A stretch of 63,976 nt of DNA, counting the filler. It is 6 parts of 6 records of this genome, joined end to end, with 100 filler letters (N's around TTAATTAATTAA, not from the genome) between each part and the next. Parts side by side here need not be neighbours in the genome. Positions count along the whole stretch, not along the records: positions 26,161 to 45,199 come from SRR20825010_4879; positions 45,300 to 60,855 come from SRR20825010_4881; 4 more parts are not named here. One strand, written 5' to 3'. Both the position numbers and the translations under genes were made by a program. The notes beneath the pieces are model-generated. The model did no database searches and was not told the DNA's origin. It saw nothing but the letters and a program-made list of their open reading frames with translations. Positions 40,257 to 52,100 of the stretch are shown piece after piece (position 1 is the stretch's first letter; every line of letters begins with the position of its first letter).

Positions 40257-41807
40257 TTATCTGTGAATTTTTCTTTGAGTAAAATTTAATGCTTCAGAAA
40301 GTCCAACTAAAAAATTACTGTCCCCTCCTATGCTTTCCCTAACACGATACTCATGGTAGACTTCTTCCTCACGTAAAAAAACATGAGCACTACCATTGGC
40401 CTGGTAGTTCCTATTATCTTCTGTTATACTAATGAAGTACCATGTTCGCTTGAGCGCCTTTTTATTCTTATCAAATGCCTGTTTTAAGGATTCACAATCC
40501 AATGGCGCATCAAAAACAGCGCACGATGTAAAGACTTCTGGATTAAGTGCATATTCCAGAGCTGTTGCACCTCCCTTGTTGTAGCCTATCAATGCACGAA
40601 AACGATAGCCACTTCTTGCTCGGTAATTCTTTTCAATATCAGGTATGATTGTCTTAAGAAGCCCTTTCTCATTTTCATTGACGAAAGCCACGATTACTGG
40701 TGCTAGCCGGTCTGACTCAATCTCATATTCGACTTTCTCAATAATCTCGCGCTTTTCCTGAGATTGGAAATCACCTATAAAAAAAACAACTGGATACAAA
40801 CGATTGGATATATTGTATTCTGTAGGCAGCACAATCTCATACTGCCCTTCCTTAATTATCTTTATATCAACGCTTGATTTAACAGCATTCTCTTCTGTTT
40901 TTATATCTCCTCGGTATTTCTTTCCATCGAAAGCATCACTAATAAAGCGAAGACCATTTGGCAATGCTTCCCGCCAATACGAAAACTCATGACCTCCGTC
41001 TCTAACTCGAAATTCATGCTGGAAATTGCGATCGCGAAGTAACATATGCAACTCTTCATTGCTTCTGCACAGTGTATATTCATCATCGCCATTATCAATG
41101 TAGAGTTTGATATCACTAAACCTTGTGAGGTCTGATTCTTTAAAGATGTGGAAAGGTGAATGTTGTTTGTAGTAATCTGTGATCCGCTTCTCTCCCATTT
41201 CACCAACACCTCCAAACAGTCTGCCCCATTGATCATCCCATCCTGACGCATCTTCTGTTTTATACTGTTCATCCGTGCGAACCGATATGCTCAACGGAAC
41301 GCTAACCGTGAATACTTCTGGATGTTTCAATGGAAGTATCAAAGCACCGTAACCACCCATGGAGTACCCCATAGTAGCTCGATGATCTTTATCCGGAATT
41401 GTTCTGTATTCCTTGTCAATAAAAGGTACAAGCTCATTGATAAACATATCCTCGTACAGGAATTTCCCTGCATAGTCATTCACATAATAGTTTCGAAATC
41501 CTTGCGGCATCACATAAATCATCGGCTGAATTTCTCCCTGCTTCACCGCTCCATCTGTATACTGATTCACGCGACCGTATTCTAACCAGGAAGACTCATC
41601 ATCACCCAAACCATGAAGCAGATAGACCACAGGATATGATTTTTGAGAACTGTAATAATCCTCAGGAAGGATAATAGAATACTTTACAGCTTGTCCCAAT
41701 ATCTCGCTTTCGATTGAAAGCCCTTCGAGAATTCGTAAGTTATCCTGTGCAAAACCTATCGAAAAGTTTAGCAAAAGAACGATCAAAATTGAATGCGCCT
41801 TTTTCAT
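40257..41807 (-). CDS. Secreted esterase (CE1-like alpha/beta hydrolase) with a degenerate second domain
   Basis: YPVVYLLHG, GYSMGG and DGGH motifs; the second domain has GYNKGG. Confidence 0.85.
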   Translation of the reverse strand: MKKAHSILIVLLLNFSIGFAQDNLRILEGLSIESEILGQAVKYSIILPEDYYSSQKSYPVVYLLHGLGDDESSWLEYGRVNQYTDGAVKQGEIQPMIYVMPQGFRNYYVNDYAGKFLYEDMFINELVPFIDKEYRTIPDKDHRATMGYSMGGYGALILPLKHPEVFTVSVPLSISVRTDEQYKTEDASGWDDQWGRLFGGVGEMGEKRITDYYKQHSPFHIFKESDLTRFSDIKLYIDNGDDEYTLCRSNEELHMLLRDRNFQHEFRVRDGGHEFSYWREALPNGLRFISDAFDGKKYRGDIKTEENAVKSSVDIKIIKEGQYEIVLPTEYNISNRLYPVVFFIGDFQSQEKREIIEKVEYEIESDRLAPVIVAFVNENEKGLLKTIIPDIEKNYRARSGYRFRALIGYNKGGATALEYALNPEVFTSCAVFDAPLDCESLKQAFDKNKKALKRTWYFISITEDNRNYQANGSAHVFLREEEVYHEYRVRESIGGDSNFLVGLSEALNFTQRKIHR

Positions 41808-41808
41808 A

Positions 41809-43413
41809 CTAATTCTTCAAACTTTGCTTTAATGAGGTAAAAGATTCACTTAAACCATTCAAAAACGATTGGTAAGACTCCTCTCCTTGCCGCACCCTAT
41901 ATTCATACCCAATACCTGTATCTCTTATTTTCACATAGAAATCATGATAGCCTCTGTAGCTATCACCATCATCCGAAATGTCCAGGTAATAAAAAATGTC
42001 TGTCTGGGGGTCAACACCGGCTTCCTGTAGTTCTGCATCAAATAAAAAGCAGGAGCCAAATAGACTGGAACCTTCCGATGCAATATTCGCAGCATACAGT
42101 CCCCCTAAAGCGTTTCCTAAAAGGACCCGACTGGCCCTATCTGTGATCGTACGATATTGAGCATCTATCTGTGTGATGATCTCAACTATATGATCCCCAT
42201 TTAAGCCTTCCGAAACTGGAATCTCAACCACCATAGCATTTTTCAGCGTGCCAGCTGTCATGCCATTTCGCAAAAGAGAAAAGATGTCTGTTACGTTCGA
42301 TTCCCGCTGACCCTCTTCGTAATCATGAATCACATACACAGCCGGGTAGCTTACCGTACTTGTCGCATAATCCACGGGTTTTAATACATTGATCTCAACA
42401 CCGGAGATTTCTACTGATTCAAAATCACTGCTTATGACACGCTCCCCAATTGTGACAGGCTCAGGATTAGTAGGGTGTGGAATCCCCTGGACGGAATTGC
42501 TGATGAATTTTAGTGCCTCAGGGTAGGATTTTTTCCAATAGTCGAATGAATGACCGCCGCTGCGCACCCGATACTCGTGGGGTATTTGATGGTCACGCAT
42601 CAAGGCATGCAAGGCGTCATTAGTAATAGTCAATGTCTCCTCATCATCACCACAGTCTATCAGAAATTTCAATCCAGCAAACCCCTCTTTATTTGAAGTA
42701 TTAAAAAAATGAAAGGGACTATGCTGCTTAAAATAATCGGTAAGCCTCGCCTCACCACTCGCACCTTTCCCACCGAAGATGGTCCCCCATTGGTAATCAA
42801 ATACTCCCTGTGGCTCGCCGATGTACTGTTCATCCGTGCGAAAAGACATGCTCAATGGAACACCGATAGTGAAAATATCCGGATTCAATGCGGGTAGAAT
42901 CAATGCTCCATAACCGCCCATCGAATAGCCCATTACCGCCCGTGCAACCTTATCCTGTTTTGTTCTGAACAGGCTATCGATTGTTGGTACCAACTCAGTG
43001 GTGATCATATCCATGTACGGATAACTCCCTGTATACCTATTTACATAATAGGTGTTATATCCGATTGGCATCACATAGATCATAGGAACTATTTCATCTT
43101 TGTAGAGATCAGAATAGTATTTGATACTGCCACTCGTGTACCATGCCGTCTCATTATCTCCAAAGCCATGCAACAGGTAGACAACAGGATAGTCTTCAGT
43201 GGATTCATTGTAACCGTCAGGAAGCAGCACCGCATAATTAATGTCTACCTTAAAAATTTTGCTCGACAATTTTTGGTTTTCAAGTAGTCTGGAAAACGGA
43301 ATAGGCTCATCCACCTTGATAGCTTCATCTTTGCAGCCGAACAGGCTTTGTACAAAGATGAGTACCATTAGCATAAGTGGCAGACGTGCGCTATATCGAT
43401 CCATTCTAGTCAT
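41809..43413 (-). CDS. Lipoprotein esterase (CE1-like) with a degenerate second domain
   Basis: Lipobox LFGC; YPVVYLLHG, GYSMGG and SGGH motifs; the second domain has GNALGG. Start is 43413 or 43404. Confidence 0.85.
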   Translation of the reverse strand: MTRMDRYSARLPLMLMVLIFVQSLFGCKDEAIKVDEPIPFSRLLENQKLSSKIFKVDINYAVLLPDGYNESTEDYPVVYLLHGFGDNETAWYTSGSIKYYSDLYKDEIVPMIYVMPIGYNTYYVNRYTGSYPYMDMITTELVPTIDSLFRTKQDKVARAVMGYSMGGYGALILPALNPDIFTIGVPLSMSFRTDEQYIGEPQGVFDYQWGTIFGGKGASGEARLTDYFKQHSPFHFFNTSNKEGFAGLKFLIDCGDDEETLTITNDALHALMRDHQIPHEYRVRSGGHSFDYWKKSYPEALKFISNSVQGIPHPTNPEPVTIGERVISSDFESVEISGVEINVLKPVDYATSTVSYPAVYVIHDYEEGQRESNVTDIFSLLRNGMTAGTLKNAMVVEIPVSEGLNGDHIVEIITQIDAQYRTITDRASRVLLGNALGGLYAANIASEGSSLFGSCFLFDAELQEAGVDPQTDIFYYLDISDDGDSYRGYHDFYVKIRDTGIGYEYRVRQGEESYQSFLNGLSESFTSLKQSLKN

Positions 43414-44992
43414 TCAATGCTACTTTTTCAGAATTGTATGGTTTCGCTGGAGCATCTGCATAGATCACAATTGATTTCATGTATATGCTATAATCAGCAT
43501 CCTTATTGACCCAAACGATCTCAACATTATGGGAGCCGTTTTCTAAGAGATACTTATGGTAGATGTCATACTTTCTCACAATGTAGTCGTAAGGCATTTT
43601 GACCTGTTCCACCTTCTCTCCATCTATATAGATATCCAATAGCGCCACATAATCACTGGAAGATCGGGCACAGAGGCTATTCACATTCCCAAGCACCACT
43701 ATTCCATTTCCAGTAAAATCAATGTTGATGTTTTTATCCGTGTAGTGTTGGCGTAGGTACCTTTCTTCACTCGGGTACAACCCTTCAAATGATTGTTCAA
43801 ATGGTACAGTCTCTGGCTGCTGAACTTTTATATACACACTGTCACCATCAACCTTGCCTTCGTTTTCTTGCACCAATTGAAGCGTGTGCTTATAGGTTAA
43901 ATCATACACCTCATTCAGTGTGATCTCCATATATGGGAATTTCAAATCTTCTACCTCCTCTAATGCTGGTTTCCAATAGTCTGGAATATTTTTATACCCC
44001 ATCATCACCCCCAATATGCCCGCCGCTGTGGCAGGGTTGCAATCAGAATCCTGACCACACCGGGTAGAAATATCCATTGTTTCAAAAAAGTCCTTCTGCC
44101 CATACAGCAATCCAATTACCACATATGCTGCATTCAATCTGGCATCAATGTTAAAGGAGTTGTAAACCCCCTCTGGACATCCCTTATCCGATGAGTGGTG
44201 TTTTTCAACTTCAAACCAGGTTTCTTTCCAGTCATTTGGATATTGTTTGTGCCATTTGATTACATCTGCGATTGTTTGATAAAACATACTCTGTGAAGGA
44301 ATGGTCTTCAGTGCTTCGGAAACGACAAAATCCAGATCATCAGAGGTGTATGCCAGCGTGTACATGGCCGACATATACACACCGCCATACCAACCATCAC
44401 CATAATTCATGATATGCCCAATGCGATCACAAAAATCAGATGCAGTATTGGTCATCCCTGGTGCCATCATCCCTGCAAAATCTGCTTCTATCTGAAAGTC
44501 AATGTCATCGGCATGAGGATTATTCATCCAATGACCAGAGGCTGGTGGCATTATTCCGTTCAGGATATTGTATCGAGCAGCCTGGTTTGCGTGCCAAAGT
44601 TTGTAGTCCTCATTGGCAAACTCCACCGCAAAAGAATCTGTGGGGGCATTGAGCCCAACTTTCTCAAGGATATTAACAAAGGTCAAATCAAGGTATACGT
44701 CATCATACAGACCCGGATCCAATTCATAAGTTTCTTTGATATAGTGATCGTGCCAAACTATGTGCTGATAGTCCTGAATCATGGTGCCCTTAAACCGGAA
44801 TTCTGTAGGCCCACCAAATGTCACTCCTATGGTTTGCCCGGCCCAACCACCACGGATCTTATCCTTTAAGTCCTCTTTTGAAATGGCATATTCTTGAGAG
44901 TAAAGCCCTTGATTATTCGTTTGCTCCTTGCAACCATTGAGTGAAGCAAGCAAAATCGCTACTAAACAGATATAGGATAAATTCACTTTCAT
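43406..44992 (-). CDS. ADP-ribosylglycohydrolase family lipoprotein
   Basis: DKIRGGWAGQTIGV..G.PTE, DDVYLD, DIDFQIEAD and GQDSDCNPAT motifs; lipobox LNGC. Confidence 0.88.
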   Translation of the reverse strand: MKVNLSYICLVAILLASLNGCKEQTNNQGLYSQEYAISKEDLKDKIRGGWAGQTIGVTFGGPTEFRFKGTMIQDYQHIVWHDHYIKETYELDPGLYDDVYLDLTFVNILEKVGLNAPTDSFAVEFANEDYKLWHANQAARYNILNGIMPPASGHWMNNPHADDIDFQIEADFAGMMAPGMTNTASDFCDRIGHIMNYGDGWYGGVYMSAMYTLAYTSDDLDFVVSEALKTIPSQSMFYQTIADVIKWHKQYPNDWKETWFEVEKHHSSDKGCPEGVYNSFNIDARLNAAYVVIGLLYGQKDFFETMDISTRCGQDSDCNPATAAGILGVMMGYKNIPDYWKPALEEVEDLKFPYMEITLNEVYDLTYKHTLQLVQENEGKVDGDSVYIKVQQPETVPFEQSFEGLYPSEERYLRQHYTDKNINIDFTGNGIVVLGNVNSLCARSSSDYVALLDIYIDGEKVEQVKMPYDYIVRKYDIYHKYLLENGSHNVEIVWVNKDADYSIYMKSIVIYADAPAKPYNSEKVALND

Positions 44993-45198
44993 TGTATCGG
45001 TAGGTTACTTGATGGTTCGTTTTCCGAAAAGACAATCAAATCATTAATCCTATATTCATATTGAGGATCATGGTTCACCCATTTCAGTTTAAGGGTATGC
45101 TTACCTTCTGTCAATTGATATTTCCAAGCTGGCTCCAATCTACGAGCAGAGTTCATCATAGGGAGCTTCACTGTTTGATCCAGTTCACCATCTATGTA
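44989..45198 (-). CDS. C-terminal fragment of a second ADP-ribosylglycohydrolase paralog
   Basis: YIDGELDQTVKLP..WKYQLTEGKHTLKLKWVN aligns by eye with YIDGEKVEQVKMP..HKYLLENGSHNVEIVWVN of the next gene; ATGA overlap. Confidence 0.75.
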   Translation of the reverse strand, partial: YIDGELDQTVKLPMMNSARRLEPAWKYQLTEGKHTLKLKWVNHDPQYEYRINDLIVFSENEPSSNLPIQ

Positions 45199-45199
45199 C

Positions 45200-45299
45200 N
45201 NNNNNNNNNNNNNNNNNNNNNNNNNNNNNNNNNNNNNNNNNNNTTAATTAATTAANNNNNNNNNNNNNNNNNNNNNNNNNNNNNNNNNNNNNNNNNNNN
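45200..45299. other. Artificial contig spacer
   Basis: N44-TTAATTAATTAA-N44. Confidence 0.99.
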
Positions 45300-45301
45300 A
45301 T

Positions 45302-45493
45302 CTTGACTCGGGTAACATCGCTTACAAGTTGTTAATGGAATTAGGCGGAGCAGAGACCATCGGACCCATGCTGTTAGGTATGAAAAAACCGGTGCACGTT
45401 CTGCAGGTAGGCAGTTCGGTTAGAGATATCTTTAATATGATTACTATTGCAGTTGTGGATGCTCAGATCACTGAAGAAAAAGGCATAAAATGA
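45302..45493 (+). CDS. maeB: NADP-dependent malic enzyme, C-terminal fragment
   Basis: Translated by hand: LDSGNIAYKLL..GPMLLGMKKPVHVLQ..SVRDIFNM..AVVDAQ; ATGA overlap with ruvA. Confidence 0.88.
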   Translation, partial: LDSGNIAYKLLMELGGAETIGPMLLGMKKPVHVLQVGSSVRDIFNMITIAVVDAQITEEKGIK

Positions 45494-46086
45494 TCAATTA
45501 TCTTGTTGGAAAACTTGCGATCAAAGACCCAACCTATGTGGTCGTTGAAACGAAAGGTGGTGTTGGATACGAAGCGAAAATCAGTTTGACTACCTATGCA
45601 GCCATTAAGGATTTGGATGAAGTAAAACTTTTCACCCATCTTCATGTAAAGGAAGATGCACATACCTTATATGGATTTTCCGAGCCTTCCGAAAAAACCC
45701 GATTTTTGGACGTCATATCCATTTCAGGGGTTGGTCCCAGCACCGGATTGATGATCCTTTCATCTTTATCAGCAGAAGAGCTACAATCAGCCATTGCAAA
45801 TGAAGATGTAAAAACAATCCAAGGGGTGAAAGGAATTGGTGCCAAAACCGCTCAACGGATCATTCTGGAACTAAAGGATAAAATGCGGAAAGAAGGGTTT
45901 CTTGAGAAATCGCTTGAATCTACTCCTTCGGCTCGCAATACCCTTCAAAATGAAGCGTTATCCGCCCTGACTACCCTTGGAATTAACAAAGCACTTGCCG
46001 AAAAAAGCATAGCTTTGATTTTGAAGGAAAGTGGTCCTCAAATTAAACTTGAAGAACTCATAAAACAGGTGTTGAAAAGGGCCTGA
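45490..46086 (+). CDS. ruvA: Holliday junction branch migration protein RuvA
   Basis: GGVGYE, HVKEDAHTLYGF, ISGVGP and GIGAKTAQRIILELKDK motifs. Confidence 0.97.
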   Translation: MINYLVGKLAIKDPTYVVVETKGGVGYEAKISLTTYAAIKDLDEVKLFTHLHVKEDAHTLYGFSEPSEKTRFLDVISISGVGPSTGLMILSSLSAEELQSAIANEDVKTIQGVKGIGAKTAQRIILELKDKMRKEGFLEKSLESTPSARNTLQNEALSALTTLGINKALAEKSIALILKESGPQIKLEELIKQVLKRA

Positions 46087-46102
46087 ACGGACTAGTATAT
46101 TC

Positions 46103-49100
46103 TTGACAGGTAAATCATACATATTACTCCTAGTAGGTGCAATTGGACTTTCCGCGTTTCCAAGGCAGAGCTATACCTATTCCCGAAAAAGCAATTTTCA
46201 AATTCTTCAGGACACGATTCCCAAGGACTCTATCAGCAGTGATACGCTAAAACCCTACAAACCCACAAAGACTCCTACGTTCGAAGCGCCCTATAGGTTC
46301 GGTGATCCTTTCTCAAACACCATAAGTCCCTCTCCGTTGTTGCTTGCAGACCCTTCCACCATCGATATGGAAGTGGAGTATGATTCAGGGTTTCAATACA
46401 ATGTGTATGAGCGAATTGGGGATGTAAATTTCCGACCGATGACCTCCATGTCATTCGAGGAGTATGATGCCTATAACGACAAACAAATAACAAAGGAATA
46501 TTTTCAGGAACGATCCGCCGGATTGGATGGCGAGAGTGCCATAAGTGGCAGAAGCCTTATTCCACGGCTATACATCAGCCCTATGTTCGATCGACTTTTT
46601 GGGGGAAGTTATGTCGACGTTCAGCCGAATGGATTTGTGAACCTTGATTTTGGCGGACGCTTCCAGCGCACTGACAACCCGCAATTATCACAGCGCCAAC
46701 AGCGGAACGGCGGATTCAATTTCGATCAGCAGATCTCGCTTAACCTTGTAGGAAAAATTGGTGAAAAACTTGCCATCACAGCCAATTTTGACAACAACAA
46801 CACCTTCGATTTTCAAAACAACATGAAGGTAGAATATACTGGGTACGAAGAGGACATTGTAAAGAAAATTGAAATCGGGAACGTGAGTATGCCTGTTTCT
46901 AATAGTTTGATGACAGGTGCACAGTCACTTTTTGGTGTGAAAACCCAACTGCAATTCGGTAAGCTCTTTGTAACCAGCGTTATTTCAAGACAGCAAGGAA
47001 AGACGGAGGTTTTGACCATCGAAAGTGGCTTTCAGGGAAAAGAATTTGAAGTTAGAGGCTCTGAATATGATGAAAATCGTCACTTTTTCTTAGGTCACTT
47101 TTTTCGGGATAATTATGAAAAATGGCACAACAACCTACCACAAATCGTATCAGGGGTGAATATCACCAGGGTGGAGATTTATGTTATCAACAGAAACAAC
47201 GAAACCCAAACCACCCGCCAAATTGCTGCATTTCAGGATATTGGTGAAGGTCGGGAAATTTACAATTCCATAAATGGAACTGTAACGGGAAATGCGTCTA
47301 GCCCTGCTACTAACAATGCAAACAATTTATATAAAGATTACCTGCAAAAACTCTCACGTAATAAGGACGCAATACTAAGTGACATCTCTGCCATGGGTTA
47401 TACAGAATCCACAGACTTTGTGAAAGTTGGGACCGCCAGGAAACTCGATGATAGCGAATATGAAATCAACAAGCAATTGGGATACGTTTCTTTGCTCCGT
47501 AAGCTTCAGAACGACGAGCTACTAGCCGTTTCCTACGAGTACACCTACAGTGGTAAAGACTATAAAGTGGGTGAATTAACCGAAGACTATGCTTCACTTT
47601 CCGAGAACGAGGTAATTTTCCTGAAGATGCTTCGTCCAAATAAAATTGAAACACGAACACCAAGCTGGGATTTGATGATGAAAAACATCTATTATCTAAA
47701 TGCCAGCCAAATAGAAAGTGAAGGTTTCCAGCTACGTATACGCTACCGCGACGATGCATCAGGTATTGACAACCCTTCTCTACATGAAGGTAGGCGCACC
47801 ACCAACATCCCTCTCGTTGAACTACTGAAACTGGATCAGCTCAACCAGAACAACGACCGTCAGAAGGATGGAAATTTTGACTTTATCGAAGGAAAGACCA
47901 TCGATTCCAGAAACGGATACATCAAGTTTCCCGTATTGGAACCTTTCGGTAAAACACTCGAAAGCTATTTTGATGCAGATGAAATCCAGTTCAAAGAAAA
48001 ATACGTTTACGACACTTTATATAATACCACACAGGCCGATGCACAACAGGTTTCAAGCAAAGACAAGTTTTTCTTAAACGGAAAGTTCAATGCCGGATCT
48101 TCAAGCGAAATCGCTCTGCCCGGGATAAACATTGCCGAAGGTTCAGTGGTGGTAACAGCAGGAAATACGCCTCTAACGGAAGGCTTGGATTACACTGTAG
48201 ACTACAACCTTGGTCGGGTGCGAATCATCAACGATGGGATCCTCAGTTCTGGAAAAACGATCAACATAGGGTACGAAAAAGCCGACCTGTTCAACTTCCA
48301 GGCTCGTTGGCTTTACGGCACACGATTAGACTACCGCTTCAGTGAAAAATTCAACGTTGGTGCCACCGTTATGCATCTAAATGAACGGCCTGGTGGTGTT
48401 TCACACTATCAGATTGGAAGTGAGCCTACGAGCAATACAAAATACGGTTTTGATATCAACTACCAGGAAGATGTTCCTTTCCTAACCAAAGCCATGGATT
48501 TTCTCCCTCTCGTAAACACGAAAGCACCCTCCACAGTAACATTCAGTGCTGAGTTTGCTCAAATGATCCCCGGCACTTCTAATGTGGTGAACGGTGAGGG
48601 CATTTCATACATCGATGACTTTGAACAAACCGTCATTACTATCCCGTTAGATGGATCAGGGGGCTGGAGATTGGCCGCCACACCACAAACCAGCAATGGG
48701 AAATTCACAAATGGGAATGGGTCTTCCTCTACGCTCAAGTTCAACGACAAACGTGCTAAAGTGGCCTGGTATTCGGTTGATCAAACTGTGTTTTACCGTG
48801 ATGCAGGAGCCATCAACAAACCGGATAACATAAAAGACAGTGATCTGGACAATCATTATGTTCGAGGTATACAGGTTCAGGAAATCTACGCACAGAGAGA
48901 TCGTCTTCAATATGTCACCTTGGAAAACACTTTTGACATTGCCTATTTTCCGGAAGAACGTGGACAATACAACTACAGCTCAAACCTAACTACCGACGGT
49001 TTACTTAAAGACCCTGAGTCGAATTGGGGAGGTATCACCCGATCCATCGGTAGCGAAGTTGATTTCGAAAAAAATAACGTAGAATACATCGAGTTCTGGG

Positions 49101-52100
49101 CGATGGATCCGTTTATAACCGGTGAAAATGGTCGCGTAATCGATGGCCGTGATAATGCAAACAACACGACCGGTGGTAAAATTGTCTTCAACCTCGGCAG
49201 CATTTCCGAAGATATCCTTCCTGATGACCGGCATTCATTTGAAAGCGGCCTGCCCTCGGACGGGGATCCCGCCAAAACAGACGAGAGCGGTGGCTGGGGA
49301 AGAACGCCATCCGAACCTTTTCTTTTAAACCGCTTCGAAAACTCAAGATCGGCCCGTGAAAATCAGGATATAGGCCTGGATGGGTTGAACGATGAGGATG
49401 AAGCCTCCTATTTCTCAAGCTATTTAGGCGCTAGCATCAACCTTCCTGAGATAGCGGCTGACCCTTCTGCCGATAACTTTAGGCACTTTTTAGATAGTGA
49501 GTGGGACCAGCGTGATGCAAAAGTGCTGGAGCGTTATAAAAACTATAACGGGATGGATGGCAACTCACCCGTATCTTCCGGCGGTTTGATACGAGGCTCG
49601 TATCTCGATCCTGATAATGAAGACTTAAACAAAGACAACACCGTCACAGCCCTGGAGGAATATTACGAATATGTGCTCGATCTGAAGCCGGGCGAACTTG
49701 AGGTAGGTAAAAATCACATTGTCGATAAAATTCAAACGAGTAGCAGCAGCGAATCTTCCTGGTATTTATTCCGTATTCCGGTTCGTTCGCCAGACAGGGT
49801 TCAGGGCAATATAAGCGGGTTCAAAACGATTCGATTTATGCGGATGTACATGACCGGATTTAAGCAACCTGTAGTTCTGCGTACGTCTAGTCTACAGCTT
49901 GTAAGAAGCAACTGGCGAAAATACGAGCAGGCACTGAACGAACCTGGCTTAAATGAAATCCCCGAAAATGCAGTAACCGATTTTACAGTATCCGTGGTGA
50001 ACATCGAAGGAAACAGCACGGGATCAGATTCAAAATCTCCATACGTCATTCCGCCAGGGGTTAGAAGAGATCAGGATAACACTTCGTATATCAACCGACA
50101 GCTCAATGAACAATCGCTTCAAATATGCGTGGAAGACCTTGCAGACAAAGACGCACGAGCCGTATTCAAAAATGTGAGTTTTGACTTGTTAAATTACGGA
50201 CGTCTGAAAATGTACTTTCATGCTGAGTCTTATGCCGGCGACAATGTGCAGGATAAGGAAGTGACAGGTTTCCTACGCTTAGGAACAGAACAAACGGACA
50301 ATTATTATGAAATAGAAATTCCGCTCGCGATCACCCCCCCCAACGTGAACCCCACAGATGCCAATGTAGAGCGTATTGTCTGGCCAGAAGAAAATGAGAT
50401 AGATCTTTCCATCAATGAACTATTGGGCTTAAAAGCAGAAAGAAACAAGCGAAATTTAGATATAGGGATTCCTTTCTCCGGCCTCTCCAACGACCTTCGG
50501 CATACACTTACAGTGAAGGGAAATCCGGACATTAGCACGCTTCTCGTGATGATGATTGGTATAAGAAACCCAGAAAGTGCAGATCAGGCAACCAAATCCA
50601 TTTGCATGTGGGCAAACGAACTTAGGGTGACCGATTTTGATACCAAGAAAGGATGGGCGGCCAATGCGAGAATCAGCACAAAGCTGGCTGATGTAGCAAC
50701 GATCAACGCATCTACACGCTACACGTCCATTGGTTTTGGTAACATCCAGCAAACCATACAGCAACGAACCCGGGAAGAGACAATCCAATACGACGTGTCC
50801 GCCAGCGTAAACCTGGATAAATTTCTAATCCCTCACAAAACGGGATTGGTGGTCCCAATGTTCGTGAGTTATGAAAAAGCAACCTCCACTCCACAATTTG
50901 ACCCCCTGGATCCCGACACCCCTCTGGAGGCCTCATTGGAGGTATTCAACACAAAGGAGGAAAAACAGGAATATCGCAGATTGGTTGAAGAGCGTAGCGA
51001 ACGCAGAAGTATCAACTTCACCAACGTGCGGAAGGAGAAAGTGAACCCGGAAGCGAATCAACATTTCTTTGATGTGGAGAACCTTTCATTCTCATATGCA
51101 TTCAATGAAGCAGTCTCCAGTAACGTGAACACTCAGGTTTTCATACAGAAATCCGTTTCAGGTGGCTTTGCCTACAACTATTCACCTATCAATTTCACGA
51201 TCGAGCCATTTGCTAAAGGAGACCTTTTCAAGAGTCCCTATCTCAAATTGGTTAAAGATGTGAATTTCTCTCCATTGCCAAAGAGTTTGTCATTCCGTAC
51301 GGATCTGAATCGCAGCTTCCGAAAAACCCAACTCTACAACGACGAACTCACAACTGATGGAATAGATCCGTATTACGAGCGATTGTTTACATTCACTAGA
51401 ACCTACGGTCTTCGTATGGCTCCATTCAAAAGCCTGACTCTGGACTATACAGCAAGAGCAAATGCGGTGATTGATGAGCCAAATGACATTATTGAAGGAG
51501 ATATCAATACAGCTGAAGAAAAAGATTATATCTGGGGTGAGATCAAAGATTTGGGACGCATGAAAAACTTTGATCAGGACATTTCGGCCACCTACCGAAC
51601 ACCACTTGACAAATTGCCCTTTACAGACTGGCTAAGTGCAGATGTACGTTATGCGGCAGGATACACGTGGACGGCTGGTTCCCTTTCTCAGAACGACGAT
51701 GAAGGAAATTTTTTCGGACATACGATACAAAACAGTCGCGATCGGGGCTTATCCGGAAAAGTTGACATGACCAAGCTTTACAACAAGGTAACCTTCCTCA
51801 AAGAAGCGGGAACAACGAAACGTGACGAAGAAGTATCGGTTGGAACCGGGATGCTCCGTTTCCTCATGTCAGTCAAGAATCTAAACTTAACGTACAACAT
51901 CCGTGAAGGAACGGTTTTGCCTGGGTTTATGAATACACCTTTTTTACTGGGCTTGGATAGCTCCTGGAACGCCCCGGGGTGGAAATTTTTGCTCGGGGAT
52001 CAAAACCCAGATATCCGATACAAAGCGGCTCAGAATGGATGGATTACTGCAAGCCCACAGCTTACCACACCGTTCGAGCAAACTTTTGCTACAGACCTGG

